Below are positions 62,528-64,000 of a stretch of 64,000 nt of DNA, piece after piece. A program made the translations under genes and the position numbers. Within the stretch, counting starts at the first letter, position 1. Each line of letters starts with the position of its first letter. The stretch covers positions 62,001 through 126,000 of the forward strand of contig JAHDYR010000030.1 of NCBI GenBank assembly GCA_019828565.1, given 5' to 3'. Under the pieces are notes generated by a model. The model was given only the letters and a program-made list of their open reading frames with translations, was not told where the DNA came from and ran no database searches. This DNA is from Carpediemonas membranifera BICM (Eukaryota > Protista > Fornicata).

Positions 62528-63895
62528 ATGTTTGACGTCTTTAGCGTGTTGGAGGACCACACGCCCGAGTTCATTCTTGTCTTCCTTGTTCTTATTATCT
62601 TCGCCGCCGTCTTCGAGGCCGGCAACGAGTTCATGCACCGTGTACTCGAGCGATCCAAGCATAGATTCTTCGCCTTAATGCTGGAAAAGCTGCAGGGGGA
62701 GCTTATGACTGTCGGCGTCTTCAGTTTCGGTGTTTTCCTGCTCAACCTCGTGCTCGAGCACCAAAGTGAGTATCTCGACGCCCACGGCATCCCGCCTGAG
62801 CAGGTCCACGCCCTGCAGGAGATCTTCGAGAGTGTGCACATCTTCATCTTCGCCTTCACCGTCATCTATCTCTTCACCCTTCTCATACTATATCTCGTCC
62901 TGCTCGGGCGACTGTGGCTCCTGTTCGCATGCTGGAGGCCGTACATGAACGAGCTATCCCCAGTGAGTTTGGACATCGGCAAGATCGCCGCCACCCCTCA
63001 CTGGAAGCGGAGGGTTCTCTTTCTCGACTGTGCTGTCAAGACCGGGCTGGTCCGACTCCATCTGACTCGGGTCAGGCCAGATCTGGCCTTTAGATCCATG
63101 TCTGAGATGCTCACCTCCTCTACCCAGATCCTTATAATGCACAGTGCTGATCTCAGTATGTCCTTCTGGACGAGCGCCCTCACCGCGATCATCACCATCG
63201 GGTCTCTGTTGAATAACAGCTCGTCCTTCCTGGTGATCTCTGGCGTTCTCACGTTGACCACTGTACTTCCCAAGCTCTTCCTTTTTATCCCAGAATTCCG
63301 GCAATCCTTCACGGCCGACTCCTTCTTCATGACTGAGCGTGTCAGGCGGAAGAAGAAGGCCGTATTTGAGCCTGCCGCTATCCCACTCAACTCTGACTTC
63401 AACCCCATTTTCAACGCCATTCATCTTGGGAGTGATGGTGCAGAGGGCATTCCGATCAAAGTCACCGATACAGCTCCTGAAGACAAGTGGCCCATAGAGC
63501 AGGAAAGCATCCCATATGCCCTTGAGGACGAGGCCAGGGCTGTGTGTCTTGTCAGGGCCGGCCGGGTTGAGGGGGGCCGCCTGGTGGTGACCAGGCCTGG
63601 CGGACCACGGGTGCTGAAGGGTGTGGTCCACTGGTGGTCATCCCGGAAGGTCCGTGCGGTGCTGACCTCTCACACGGCCGTCTGCACCCTCGCCGTTTCC
63701 ATCCTGACGACAGTGGTCGACCCCAAGGCCATGGCATTCCTGGTCATTGTCAGTGGTGCGTCACTGGTCTTGACAATGACCATGGTGGTCACTATACCCT
63801 CGACCGCGGTGGTGTACGCGGTCGGGTCAAGCAGCACATTTAGGGAGCTGGTCGTGGCCTTAAAGAAGGAGCAGCGGGAAGCAGAGCACGCTTAG
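62528..63895 (+). CDS. MLO-like multi-pass membrane protein
   Basis: LEKLQGELMTVGVFSF and VHIFIF match Mlo-family motifs (KxELMLLGFIS, HIFIF). Confidence 0.65.
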   Translation: MFDVFSVLEDHTPEFILVFLVLIIFAAVFEAGNEFMHRVLERSKHRFFALMLEKLQGELMTVGVFSFGVFLLNLVLEHQSEYLDAHGIPPEQVHALQEIFESVHIFIFAFTVIYLFTLLILYLVLLGRLWLLFACWRPYMNELSPVSLDIGKIAATPHWKRRVLFLDCAVKTGLVRLHLTRVRPDLAFRSMSEMLTSSTQILIMHSADLSMSFWTSALTAIITIGSLLNNSSSFLVISGVLTLTTVLPKLFLFIPEFRQSFTADSFFMTERVRRKKKAVFEPAAIPLNSDFNPIFNAIHLGSDGAEGIPIKVTDTAPEDKWPIEQESIPYALEDEARAVCLVRAGRVEGGRLVVTRPGGPRVLKGVVHWWSSRKVRAVLTSHTAVCTLAVSILTTVVDPKAMAFLVIVSGASLVLTMTMVVTIPSTAVVYAVGSSSTFRELVVALKKEQREAEHA

Positions 63896-64000
63896 GGAAT
63901 AGGGCTATAAACTAGCATGTTAGTCGACTGGTGGCCCGGCTGAGGTGCTCGATCGGACGACTCGGCAAAATTCCCGACGATGTCTGTTGGGCGCGCGGCG

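Overview
Gene-dense, GC-rich eukaryotic DNA from a flagellated protist. It uses the standard genetic code and very short (31-50 nt) spliceosomal introns. Gene content (AccD-AccA-PC-biotinyl fusion, GARP factor, RCC1-like family) suggests a fornicate such as Carpediemonas; this is inference. Most of the window is housekeeping or flagellar: kinesin-9, SKIP/Prp45, RPS15, RPL24, RPL36, RPL39, Snf7, PTH2, and CstF77-, UFL1-, SPEF2- and ATG11-like genes. The main result is a pair of transposase-less Fanzor1-like (TnpB-family, RNA-guided nuclease) elements, A at ~11310-12900 (+) and B at ~48300-50840 (-). They share a near-identical 560-bp left end starting with GATT and carry diverged, complementarily deleted RuvC genes. 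Both end in a structurally conserved omegaRNA-like 3' region, and both supply an outward in-frame ATG to the neighbouring host gene. Also notable: a 787-aa, 154-Cys metallothionein-like protein built from 25 perfect 90-bp repeats, a tRNA-Ile with GAU anticodon, a four-gene tandem membrane-protein family, a GC-AG intron and a bacterial-type DUF192 gene. All family calls come from motif recognition by eye; no searches were run.
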